Notes under the pieces: model-generated
What the model saw: only the letters and a program-made list of their open reading frames with translations
The model's database searches: none
Told to the model about the DNA's origin: nothing
Made by a program: the position numbers and the translations under genes
Shown: positions 1 through 8,450 of the stretch, piece by piece
Layout of the letters: each line of letters begins with the position of its first letter
Position numbering within the stretch: position 1 is the first letter of the stretch
Origin: Rhodothermales bacterium
GTDB taxonomy: Bacteria > Bacteroidota > Rhodothermia > Rhodothermales > UBA10348
Assembly (NCBI GenBank): GCA_029249345.1
Contig: JAQWHM010000017.1
Coordinates: 262,456 to 326,455 of the forward strand
DNA length: 64,000 bases
Reading direction: 5' to 3'

Positions 1-74
1 TCCCGGCTCTGCGACGTCAGCCTATTGTTGGCTTTAACCCTCCTCCGCGCGTCCCGGACATTCCGGGTCAGAGA

Positions 75-1604
75 ATGCCCTTTGCGGATCCCTACAAGCA
101 GCCAAGTGCGGAATTGCCCCCAAGTCCCCTAGTTGCTCCTAATCCTCCAGATGTGAACGCACTGGCTACAAGAGTGCCTATCACTGGTGTTATTGAAGGT
201 TCATTGGGAAAACACCTTAATCGAAGCGTAACAGCCGATTTGGCGCTTGCCTCAACGAAAGCGACCTCTGTTCTACTCTCTGGAGCCTATCGCGGAAGTA
301 ATGGAATCGAACCCTTTTCAGGCTCAGATGCCAGTAGTGGTTTTGATCACCTGAATGGAATGATGACCCTCAGTCATGCTATGTCGAATGCGCAGATAGA
401 AACGTCTATTGCTGGTTTTCGAAATGGATACTCCTTGTACGGAGCAAGTCTAAGCGCTGGCTCACTTGCTCTAAATAATCCTGAACGAATTTTCTCAGGT
501 GCCCATGCTCGAATCGCGTTGTCATCTCTGCCAGGATCCCGTATTCAGCTTACGGGGGCCCTAGATCTGGGGATGAGTTCAATTGGCACGGACATTTTCG
601 ATCCTGCTATTCGCGTCGATCCGTCCAGCGAACGAGATGAATCCTACCTTGATTTTTCTACTGCGGCCTCATTTCCTATTCGAGACGGAAATATCAGAAT
701 AGTTGGGAATGCTGTGACATCTGGCTTAGATGATTCGGGCTTCCCAGGTTCGACTGTGCAATCTGGATACTCGGAGGTTGCTCTTGCCTACTTGTACTCT
801 AAAAACTTATTTCTTGAGGGCGGTTTGGCTGCTTTCGGATTTGCGTCGGACGCCCAAACAGACGCCGGTAGAAGCCAATCGTTGTCTTACCTGTCGCCGG
901 TTCTGAAAGCGACCTATTCAATTTCGCCTTCCGTATCATGGTATGTAGGAAATACACCTTCTATTACTTCCCATCTCATGAAGGACGCTTTTAAACATGC
1001 TCCTTTCTTGATGGACGAACCCCTCCTTCTTCCGACGTTAACCGCCCTTGATGCTCACACAGGAATGTCCTTGATGTCTGAATACGTAACTGGGCAGGCA
1101 CAATTTGGTTGGAAAGATCAGCCTTTTAGACGTTTTGCACACAGGCCATCAGCAGGACTCGCATCCTATGACCGCGGGTATGCTGCTTTAGCATACGATG
1201 ATGCACGTATGTTTTACGGTCGCCTTGATTTAGCCTTCATTCTCCGCCCCGGTTTCCAGTTTGGTGTAGATCTAGAATTCAGAAATGCTGAATTGACTGA
1301 GTTAAAATCGGATATCCCTTATTTCTCTCCATTAACAGCGGGTGGCTTTTTGTCCGCGAGCTTTATGGATGGAAGAGCACTGATTCAAATGAACTGGCGG
1401 CACGAAGGTTTGAGACCCATCAATTTAACGGGAACGACCGAAACCCAGTCGTTAACGCTTATCTCTCTTTCTGGAACCTACTTTGTATCTCCGGCCTACG
1501 GCGTATCGTTGGGTGTTAGAAATCTCGGCTCTCAACCGGAATTCTGGGACAACTATACCAGCGAGGCCTCGACTGTCTTTTTTGGAGCGCAATACAGATG
1601 GTAA
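75..1604 (+). CDS. hypothetical outer-membrane beta-barrel-like protein (possibly 5'-partial)
   Basis: 509-aa ORF rich in Gly/Ser/Ala/Tyr, ending FFGAQYRW (aromatic C-terminus typical of OM barrels). The frame has no stop between nt 3 and nt 75, so the gene may begin left of the window. Confidence 0.45.
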   Translation: MPFADPYKQPSAELPPSPLVAPNPPDVNALATRVPITGVIEGSLGKHLNRSVTADLALASTKATSVLLSGAYRGSNGIEPFSGSDASSGFDHLNGMMTLSHAMSNAQIETSIAGFRNGYSLYGASLSAGSLALNNPERIFSGAHARIALSSLPGSRIQLTGALDLGMSSIGTDIFDPAIRVDPSSERDESYLDFSTAASFPIRDGNIRIVGNAVTSGLDDSGFPGSTVQSGYSEVALAYLYSKNLFLEGGLAAFGFASDAQTDAGRSQSLSYLSPVLKATYSISPSVSWYVGNTPSITSHLMKDAFKHAPFLMDEPLLLPTLTALDAHTGMSLMSEYVTGQAQFGWKDQPFRRFAHRPSAGLASYDRGYAALAYDDARMFYGRLDLAFILRPGFQFGVDLEFRNAELTELKSDIPYFSPLTAGGFLSASFMDGRALIQMNWRHEGLRPINLTGTTETQSLTLISLSGTYFVSPAYGVSLGVRNLGSQPEFWDNYTSEASTVFFGAQYRW

Positions 1605-1685
1605 CATAGATGGGTTCAGACATCGTATCTTAAGAATGTCCGTACCCGAAAATCTAGTCTATCTGTTTTCCTGACCTGAAACATT

Positions 1686-3083
1686 TTGGCCGTCACTGAA
1701 CATATCCACCGCATCGTGTCTGAATGCCTAGCAAATGGGCAGTCTATCAGCTTACCTGAACTCGGTGTGCTGTTCGTGCAGCGCACGCCAGCGAAACGCG
1801 AGGAAACGGCTCAGGGAGCAACTTGGAGCCCCCCTCAAAAACAATTGGGGTTTTGGAATGGACCCTCATCTGCTGCAGATGTCGAGTTGGGTGCCATTAT
1901 CGAACAGACTCACAAGATGGATCGTGCCGATGCCAACCTGAAGGCAAAAGGTTTATGTGCCACTATGAAGGTTGATTTAGAGGCACACGGTCGCGTTGAT
2001 TTTGGTCATATCTGTATTTTTGTTTCAGATGAAGCCGGAGTTCGGGTCGAGACCAATGAGCACTTCTCCTCTGTCTTGAATATTCAGAATGTGGGTCTCC
2101 GAACTCATCACCTCGAGAAACCATCTGCTACAACTGGCACCCCTGAGACTTCCGAAACTCTGTCAGAAGAAAAGGAAGGTGAACTGGAAGTACCGAAAGA
2201 TGCGTCAATCCGCTATGCTCCCATCGGTACTCATTCTAAACCGCAGGATATTGAACCGTTGGCGCCTGAGAGCGGACCTGAAACTCCCATACACACGGAG
2301 CTTTCTTCGACAGATGATTTAGCCAGCCAAAAAATTGAGAGCGTATCCGTAACGCATGAGCCGGCTACGGATTCGGTTGACTTGTCTGACGTTACAGAAG
2401 ACGTTCGTACTGGCACTGATTCCCAAGATGACCTAACCCGAGCCATCGCTGCAGCTACTACCGTTTCTAAGGGTCTGCCGGCCGCTACCCAACCTCCACC
2501 ATCTAAGCGACTTTCTCCACGCGAGATACGCAATCAGCGCACTTCGTCCGGAAGAACGTCTTTGATCATCGCAGCAATGCTTGCCTTGATTGTCGTGGTC
2601 GTCTTAGTCGTTCGGCAGCTACCAGGGCCGGACGACCCTGCATCTCTTGTCACGAATGAAGAATCCGTACTAACGATAGAGAAAGATTCAGCAGCATCGG
2701 ATCCAGCATCCTCCGACAGCCTGACCGCAGCAGCGACAACAACGGGGACAGGGACAGCTACTGAAACGACTACGGCATCGGATTCGCCAGTTGCAGAACA
2801 ACCCGCGAGTGCAACCCTGACTTCTTTTGAACCCATTTTGAGATCTACTGAAGGATATACACTCGTAGTAGGATCAACCATGAACCCGACCTTAGCTGCT
2901 CAAGCATTAAAGGAATATGCATCTTTAGGCATGCGTACTGGCATACTAATAGACGAATCTGATGAGGTCGTGCGTTATAGAATGGCCGTTGGAGTATTTT
3001 CATCCGGCGCACGTGCAGATTCTGCTCGTAAAGCAACTCCAGACAAGCTTCCTCAAGGAACGTGGGTTTTTCGGATCAGGTAA
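1686..3083 (+). CDS. HU-like N-terminal domain / SPOR C-terminal domain membrane protein
   Basis: TTG start. The N-terminus IHRIVSECLANGQSISLPELGVLFVQ resembles bacterial HU/CCDC81-like domains. A long acidic, Thr/Ser/Pro-rich linker follows, then one TM (LIIAAMLALIVVVVLVV). The C-terminal ~75 aa (GYTLVVGS...YRMAVGVFSSGARADSARK) look like a SPOR peptidoglycan-binding domain. Confidence 0.7.
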   Translation: MAVTEHIHRIVSECLANGQSISLPELGVLFVQRTPAKREETAQGATWSPPQKQLGFWNGPSSAADVELGAIIEQTHKMDRADANLKAKGLCATMKVDLEAHGRVDFGHICIFVSDEAGVRVETNEHFSSVLNIQNVGLRTHHLEKPSATTGTPETSETLSEEKEGELEVPKDASIRYAPIGTHSKPQDIEPLAPESGPETPIHTELSSTDDLASQKIESVSVTHEPATDSVDLSDVTEDVRTGTDSQDDLTRAIAAATTVSKGLPAATQPPPSKRLSPREIRNQRTSSGRTSLIIAAMLALIVVVVLVVRQLPGPDDPASLVTNEESVLTIEKDSAASDPASSDSLTAAATTTGTGTATETTTASDSPVAEQPASATLTSFEPILRSTEGYTLVVGSTMNPTLAAQALKEYASLGMRTGILIDESDEVVRYRMAVGVFSSGARADSARKATPDKLPQGTWVFRIR

Positions 3084-3116
3084 TTGTTTTAATCATTTTC
3101 AAACCACTCAAGTCAC

Positions 3117-3851
3117 ATGCTCGCTTTGAGCCTCCAAGTTATTCAGGATTCGACCGTTGTCGGTGATTCCTTGCAGACCCTCGCTTCGCCTGAAGCAGTA
3201 AGCCAGCTAGATATTATTCTGGAGGCTGGATGGATCATGATCCCAATCGTGCTCCTTTCCATTCTAACCATCTATCTTTTGGTGGAGCGATTGATGACGC
3301 TAAATCGTGCGAAATCTGATCGATCTGAGGTCATGGGCCGCATCCGAGAATATGTTAGTCGGGGCAATATTAGCGGTGCACAGGCGTATTGCGATGCGCA
3401 AGAAAAGCCGCTTACCCGCATTCTGATGCATGGATTGGAGCGTCTGGGTCGGCCTATCGCTGAAATTCAAGACGCGGTAAATGCTGCCGGTAAGCATGAA
3501 GCCTTTGAACTAGAGCGACGCATGGACATACTGGCTAGTATTGCCGGTATCGCTCCCATGCTGGGTTTTCTTGGAACCGTAACGGGCATGATTAAGGCGT
3601 TTCAACAAATTCAGAACCTGCAAGGAAATGTAAACCCAAGTGTTCTGGCAGGCGGTATCTGGGAGGCTCTCGTATCTACAGCGGCTGGGTTAATCGTCGG
3701 GATCTTGGCGTTTTTCTTCTACAATTTCTTGCTGAGCAGAATAAGTAGACTGGTTAACGACATGGAGCAGTCTGCTACGGAGTTTATTGATCTTCTTCAA
3801 ACTCCTGCCTCTGGTAATGCGTCGGATTCCGGATACGGTAACAGCTTCTAG
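3117..3851 (+). CDS. exbB: MotA/TolQ/ExbB family proton-channel protein
   Basis: Three TM segments and the family signature LASIAGIAPMLGFLGTVTGMIKAF; followed directly by an ExbD-like gene. Confidence 0.9.
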   Translation: MLALSLQVIQDSTVVGDSLQTLASPEAVSQLDIILEAGWIMIPIVLLSILTIYLLVERLMTLNRAKSDRSEVMGRIREYVSRGNISGAQAYCDAQEKPLTRILMHGLERLGRPIAEIQDAVNAAGKHEAFELERRMDILASIAGIAPMLGFLGTVTGMIKAFQQIQNLQGNVNPSVLAGGIWEALVSTAAGLIVGILAFFFYNFLLSRISRLVNDMEQSATEFIDLLQTPASGNASDSGYGNSF

Positions 3852-3855
3852 AATC

Positions 3856-4260
3856 ATGTCAAGTAACTTTTCCACAGCGCGAAAACCGCTCACTGCATAC
3901 AGCTTAGCTGGATTAGCCGATATCGTCCTGTTGCTACTGGTCTTTTTTCTGCTTACATCCAGTTTTATTCCACAGTCCGGCATTCAGGTTAACCTACCAA
4001 AGACCCAGACTACAGCGCCCACTACCGGCCAGTACATCACGGTGGTGATTACCAGTGATGGTACGTTTTATGTTGAGCAAGAAAAAGTAGCGAGAGATCA
4101 GCTACTGGACGCGATCAGGCAGGTAATCGACGGCAAAACGTCTCTCGTTTTGCGCGCTGACGAAGATTCTAGAGTCAAGCATTTGGCAACCGTCGCAAGT
4201 ATCGCCAAAGCACTCAATCTTCGGTTTCACATGGCAACAGATCCAAATGATAGGTCCTAG
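3856..4260 (+). CDS. exbD: ExbD/TolR biopolymer transport protein
   Basis: ATG at 3856, 5 nt after the exbB stop. N-terminal TM LAGLADIVLLLLVFFLLTSSF followed by a periplasmic domain. The ORF-track start at 3787 overlaps exbB and is less likely. Confidence 0.88.
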   Translation: MSSNFSTARKPLTAYSLAGLADIVLLLLVFFLLTSSFIPQSGIQVNLPKTQTTAPTTGQYITVVITSDGTFYVEQEKVARDQLLDAIRQVIDGKTSLVLRADEDSRVKHLATVASIAKALNLRFHMATDPNDRS

Positions 4261-4286
4261 TGCTCCGTTCCTGGGAGGGCGCTCCG

Positions 4287-5759
4287 TTAATGAGATGGCG
4301 CCTCTTTATACCGCAGGGCCTCTGAAACGTCTTCCAGTTTAATTTCACGACGCCCATCTAGTGCCGCAATAGTTCGGGAAACGGCAGATACTTTCCGGCG
4401 AGATCGCATCGACATGCCAAGGTTTCGCACAGATCGATTCAGTAAATCTCTGATGTCCCTCGATAAAGGTAGCGGATTACCAGATATCAACCGTCGCCGG
4501 GCTTCGTTTACGCGATGACGGATAATGGCCGAACTATCTCGACTGGTTTCGCTTACGGTGGGATCAACCGACTGCAAGTGTGCAACCATATCAATACGAT
4601 CTAGCAGCGGCCCACTGACTCTTGACAGATAGCGACCTCTATCTCGAACTGGGCATGAACACACTTTTATCGAGGATCCAGCGTACCCACATGGACATGG
4701 GTTCATGGCAGATATCAGCTGAAATCTTGCTGGAAACAGTTCTGAACCTGAGGCCCGAGCTAGAATAACCCTGAAGTCCTCCAGTGGCTCTCTGAGCGAC
4801 TCCAACACCGACCGATCGAATTCCGCTAACTCATCGAGGAAGAGCGTCCCGTGATGTGCAAGAGAGACCTCACCAGGTAATATGGGCGTTCCACCTCCTA
4901 GCATCCCTGCTTTCGAAATGGAATGGTGGGGCGCCCGAAACGGGCGCCCCACAAGAAGTCCCGCTCGCGTAAGCCCTCGCAATGAATGTATAGACGTCGC
5001 TTCCAAGACCGACTTCCGGCTCCAAGTGGGTTGTATATGCTGAAAAGCTCTGCACAACATTGTTTTACCGCAACCTGGTGGACCCACTAAAAGAATATTG
5101 TGCCGCCCAACTGCAGCAATTTCAAGCCCTCTTTTAGCATGACGTTGGCCCATTATGTCGCCAAAGTCTGGCTCTGGCGTAACCACGGGTCCTATCACCC
5201 GTTTTGCACTTCCAACTCTACGACTCCAGTTGGTTTCTGAAATCTTGATTACGGCATCTTTCAGGTTTTTTACGGGAATAACGTCAATTTCGTCAATCTC
5301 TAGTGCTTCGTCCATATTCCCAAATGGGACCATAACTCGTTCAAAACCTTCCTTCAACGCACCCAAAACAGCATTAAATACGCCTCTGACAGGCCTCACA
5401 GAACCGTCTAGAGCCAACTCCCCCAAAATGAGATCCGTCTTTCTGCACGCTGAGTCGGGAATGATACCGTCTGCCGCAAGGATACCTAGTGCAATAGGTA
5501 GGTCGTACATCGTACCCTCTTTACGGATATCTGCAGGAGCCAAATTTACGGTTATGCTGCCTCTGGGAATTTCGAACCCAGACGCCGTTGTTGCAGCCCG
5601 TATTCGGTCGAGCGCTTCTCGAACAGCTCCATTTGGCAAACCCACGATAGTATGCCTTGGAATACCTCGCTTAATGCTGGTCTCTACGGTTACCGATATA
5701 GCGTCTATTCCAGAGGTAGCACTACCATATACCCGGCTGTACGATGGAATAGTGGCCAT
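4287..5759 (-). CDS. comM: YifB/ComM family Mg-chelatase-like AAA+ ATPase
   Basis: Lon-protease-like N-domain followed by Walker A (LLVGPPGCGKTM), LFLDELAEF, and a Cys cluster (CPCGYAGSSIKVCSCP) typical of YifB/ComM. Start taken at MATIPSY (5759). Confidence 0.9.
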   Translation of the reverse strand: MATIPSYSRVYGSATSGIDAISVTVETSIKRGIPRHTIVGLPNGAVREALDRIRAATTASGFEIPRGSITVNLAPADIRKEGTMYDLPIALGILAADGIIPDSACRKTDLILGELALDGSVRPVRGVFNAVLGALKEGFERVMVPFGNMDEALEIDEIDVIPVKNLKDAVIKISETNWSRRVGSAKRVIGPVVTPEPDFGDIMGQRHAKRGLEIAAVGRHNILLVGPPGCGKTMLCRAFQHIQPTWSRKSVLEATSIHSLRGLTRAGLLVGRPFRAPHHSISKAGMLGGGTPILPGEVSLAHHGTLFLDELAEFDRSVLESLREPLEDFRVILARASGSELFPARFQLISAMNPCPCGYAGSSIKVCSCPVRDRGRYLSRVSGPLLDRIDMVAHLQSVDPTVSETSRDSSAIIRHRVNEARRRLISGNPLPLSRDIRDLLNRSVRNLGMSMRSRRKVSAVSRTIAALDGRREIKLEDVSEALRYKEAPSH

Positions 5760-5900
5760 GATGTGAACTAAAAGGATGTGAACCAAAGGGATTGCTTCTC
5801 TACTTTTACTAAAGACACTTCCATTCTAGAAGCATGACCTGTTAGTTTGTAGAATTATTCTCTCGTAGTTTTACGAAATGACACTATCTCCCGATTGCGC

Positions 5901-6782
5901 ATGAAACTGGGCATCACCGGAAACACAGGGAAACCCGGCCTGTGGAAACCAGTCGCTGATTTGATTTCCTTTCTAAAGGAATCCTCCTATCCCTTTGTCT
6001 TGCATCCAGAATTGGGCTTGGGCTTAAGCCATGAGGGGTTTGAAATCGAATCGGAATCTGTCGCGCGCGATCTAACCGACTTCTTGAACCAATCAGATAT
6101 CGTGATATCATTTGGCGGAGACGGTACGTTGCTCAACACCGTATATGAGTTAGGTGAACATCCCATTCCCATTCTCGGAGTGAATTATGGGAGGCTAGGA
6201 TTTTTAGCCCACGTTGAGCAATCTGAACTGACTAACCGGATGCATCAACTTGAAAAGGGAGATTATCAAGTTGAGGAACGGCTCGTTCTAGAAGCGACGT
6301 ATGGCGAGCCAGCTAATCTGCAGAAAGTATGGGCGTTGAATGAATTCACCATTCAGCGATCGGGAGAAACCGGCCTGTTGGCTATCGAGGTCGAAGTGGA
6401 TGGTCTTTACCTAAATACATACTGGGCCGATGGGCTGATCTTATCTACTCCCACCGGTTCTACGGCCTACTCGTTAGCTCTGGGAGGTCCAATAATGGCT
6501 CCTGGATGCGGATCTATCTTAATTTCTCCTATCGCGCCTCATACATTAACAGTGCGTCCAATCGTTATTCCGGAAACATCCAATATTGTAGTTCGCGTTC
6601 TGGATTTCGATAAACCACATGTTTTTACATCTGACGGCGTGCACCATAATAACTCAGTTACCAAGACGGGATTGACCATTAGGAAAGCAGAGCATCAGGT
6701 AAAACTAGTCAGGTTCCCCGATCAGGACCATTTTTCCACCCTTCGCACCAAGCTAATGTGGGGTGCACGCAAGTCAAATTAG
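5901..6782 (+). CDS. nadK: NAD+ kinase
   Basis: GGDGTLL motif, NEFTIQR and TPTGSTAYSLALGGPI motifs; ATG at 5901 (TTG at 5895 is also possible). Confidence 0.93.
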   Translation: MKLGITGNTGKPGLWKPVADLISFLKESSYPFVLHPELGLGLSHEGFEIESESVARDLTDFLNQSDIVISFGGDGTLLNTVYELGEHPIPILGVNYGRLGFLAHVEQSELTNRMHQLEKGDYQVEERLVLEATYGEPANLQKVWALNEFTIQRSGETGLLAIEVEVDGLYLNTYWADGLILSTPTGSTAYSLALGGPIMAPGCGSILISPIAPHTLTVRPIVIPETSNIVVRVLDFDKPHVFTSDGVHHNNSVTKTGLTIRKAEHQVKLVRFPDQDHFSTLRTKLMWGARKSN

Positions 6783-6834
6783 ACTTTAGCAATTGTCAAC
6801 AGATGGTGAAACCGACCTTTGCTTCAGAAGATGG

Positions 6835-6864
6835 TTGACTCCGCTAAAGAGAGGGTTGTATATT
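6835..6864 (+). promoter_or_regulatory. sigma70-like promoter candidate for tRNA-Phe
   Basis: TTGACT (6835-6840), 18-nt spacer, TATATT (6859-6864), ending 14 nt upstream of the tRNA 5' end. Confidence 0.4.
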
Positions 6865-6878
6865 CGTCGGCTCCTCAG

Positions 6879-6951
6879 GGTCAGGTAGCTCAGTTGGTAG
6901 AGCAATGGACTGAAAATCCATGTGTCGGCGGTTCAATTCCGCCTCTGACCA
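6879..6951 (+). tRNA. tRNA-Phe (anticodon GAA)
   Basis: Hand-folded 73-nt cloverleaf: acceptor GGTCAGG/TCTGACC, D arm GCTC/GAGC, anticodon loop CTGAAAA, T loop TTCAATT, discriminator A. CCA is not encoded. Confidence 0.93.
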
Positions 6952-6954
6952 CAT

Positions 6955-6984
6955 CAGGAAACGCAAGTTTTCTGTCTGTTCTTT
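6955..6984 (+). terminator. candidate intrinsic terminator after tRNA-Phe
   Basis: 8-bp stem CAGGAAAC/GTTTTCTG (one G-U pair) with a GCAA tetraloop, followed by the T-rich TCTGTTCTTT. Confidence 0.4.
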
Positions 6985-7026
6985 AAAAAGCGTTCGCAAC
7001 TACATCGTTTAATCAAACTTTTAGGG

Positions 7027-7056
7027 TTGCAATACGCTAGGAAGTGACCGTATTTT
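7027..7056 (+). promoter_or_regulatory. sigma70-like promoter candidate for tRNA-Asp
   Basis: TTGCAA (7027-7032), 18-nt spacer, TATTTT (7051-7056), 26 nt upstream of the tRNA. Confidence 0.35.
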
Positions 7057-7082
7057 TGCGGCCGCTCCTTTAGAGAGCAATT

Positions 7083-7160
7083 GGTCCGGTAGTTCAGTTT
7101 GGTTAGAACGCCTGCCTGTCACGCAGGAGGTCGCGAGTTCGAGTCTCGTCCGGACCGCCA
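7083..7160 (+). tRNA. tRNA-Asp (anticodon GTC), CCA encoded
   Basis: Hand-folded cloverleaf: acceptor GGTCCGG/CCGGACC, anticodon stem CCTGC/GCAGG with loop CTGTCAC, T loop TTCGAGT, discriminator G, then CCA. Confidence 0.93.
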
Positions 7161-7178
7161 AACAGGGCAAAGCCCGCA

Positions 7179-7214
7179 AGCGCTGGTCAACATAAGTTGG
7201 CCAGCGCTTTTTTT
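7179..7214 (+). terminator. rho-independent terminator after tRNA-Asp
   Basis: 13-bp stem AGCGCTGGTCAAC/GTTGGCCAGCGCT (one wobble), loop ATAA, followed by a T7 run. It lies 10 nt from the 3' end of the convergent minus-strand ORF ending at 7224. Confidence 0.8.
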
Positions 7215-7223
7215 ATGCCGCCG

Positions 7224-7556
7224 TTATTCGTTCCAAACTCCGAAAGAAAGCATCATTCCAGCATGCAAATGCTCTGCAATGTGGCAATGCATCACCCATT
7301 CACCGGGGTTCGACATATCAACCAAAAGATCTACCGTGGAAGCCACAGGAATGATAGCCGTGTCCTTCCAAACCAAATTATCGTTCCTTTTGCCATCAAC
7401 ATCTAGCACTAAAAACCGTTGTCCATGGAGATGCAGCGGATGATTCATGGGATGTAGTGACCGTGGGTCGTTGAAGATCCGAATTTTGACGACATCTCCC
7501 TCATCAAAACCCCAATAGATCTCCATATTTTCAAGCCCCGTACCAATATCCCTCAT
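7224..7556 (-). CDS. multicopper-oxidase C-terminal cupredoxin fragment (separate ORF)
   Basis: Contains HPLHLHG and HCHIAEHLHAGMM, the canonical C-terminal MCO copper-ligand motifs. Its ATG overlaps the stop of the upstream MCO N-terminal ORF (ATGA). Confidence 0.7.
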   Translation of the reverse strand: MRDIGTGLENMEIYWGFDEGDVVKIRIFNDPRSLHPMNHPLHLHGQRFLVLDVDGKRNDNLVWKDTAIIPVASTVDLLVDMSNPGEWVMHCHIAEHLHAGMMLSFGVWNE

Positions 7557-8335
7557 GACCCAAAACGCCCCATTAGCGTGTGATTCGGGACGTCTCTTCC
7601 GAATGGTAGTATACCAGCGTCATCCATTAGCACATCATCCAGTATAATCACTTCCTCCCGATCAGAGGCTGAATAATGATCGGTATCCTTCGGCTCAACA
7701 ATGATTCCTCCGTACATACCTGAATCGACCTGAAAATCCAGACGCACGCCTGCATGATACCAGAAAACGCCGGGGTCACTAAATCTCAATTCGTAGACAA
7801 ACTCCCCCCCGACCTGTACAGGATCTTGCGTAATGACAGGCGTACCGTCGTACGCATTATCTACCCTTAAACCATGCCAGCGAATCGTTGATGGCATCTC
7901 AATATGATTCACAAACCGAACCGATACCGTTGATCCTTCTTTAGCCCTCAATACAGGCCCGGGAAACTGACCATTAATTCCGTACCCGATAAACACATGC
8001 CCATTAAGCGACCTCCGAACAAAAGTCGCTTCCAAAACGATCTGATCGCCATCCTCCAATTCTATGAATCTAGGTACCTCTGCCAGAGATACATCCATGG
8101 GGTCTAAACCGAGACCGGGTAGAAATGGAGCTATTGGTGGAAGAGCGGTACTAAGCCCGGCTAACATCGGCATCGACATATCCATCGGCGGCATTCTCCA
8201 GATAGCCTCACCCGACGCCAATCGCGCTTGAACCTCAGCATTCATTTCCTGCCCTTCGTGTTGTCCATAAGCAGGAATACACGTCCCAGCGACGTCCAAG
8301 GCAATGAATGAAATGATTAAAAAGACAACCCTCAA
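7553..8335 (-). CDS. multicopper-oxidase N-terminal cupredoxin fragment with signal peptide and Met-rich segment
   Basis: TTG start, signal peptide and a Met-rich stretch (MPPMDMSMPM). MCO domain-1 pattern is present but degenerate: RWHG instead of HWHG and WYHAG instead of WYHxH. The ORF ends right after LMGRFG, where full-length MCOs continue into domain 2. Confidence 0.65.
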   Translation of the reverse strand: MRVVFLIISFIALDVAGTCIPAYGQHEGQEMNAEVQARLASGEAIWRMPPMDMSMPMLAGLSTALPPIAPFLPGLGLDPMDVSLAEVPRFIELEDGDQIVLEATFVRRSLNGHVFIGYGINGQFPGPVLRAKEGSTVSVRFVNHIEMPSTIRWHGLRVDNAYDGTPVITQDPVQVGGEFVYELRFSDPGVFWYHAGVRLDFQVDSGMYGGIIVEPKDTDHYSASDREEVIILDDVLMDDAGILPFGRDVPNHTLMGRFGS

Positions 8336-8450
8336 AAAGTCCGAGGAAGTAGTGCGAATCTTTGTATCTCAGAAAATAAAAGACCATCTATTGTAGCAGT
8401 TCAAGTATACACATAGATTTAAGACATATTTGTCTTTATTATGCCTAAGA

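Noticed and set aside
5155-5766. 203-aa plus-strand ORF
   Set aside because: It is fully antisense to the YifB/ComM gene, which has clear AAA+ motifs. It has no recognisable motifs of its own.
5759-5782. Direct repeat GATGTGAAC x2 (15-nt period) in the comM/nadK divergent region
   Set aside because: The repeat is short and occurs only twice. It coincides with the alternative upstream extension of the comM ORF (VHI..VHI). This is insufficient evidence for an operator.
7099-7443. 114-aa plus-strand ORF starting inside tRNA-Asp and running antisense to the MCO C-terminal fragment
   Set aside because: It overlaps a well-folded tRNA and a strong terminator. The opposite strand carries canonical MCO copper motifs. 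It is most likely a spurious ORF.
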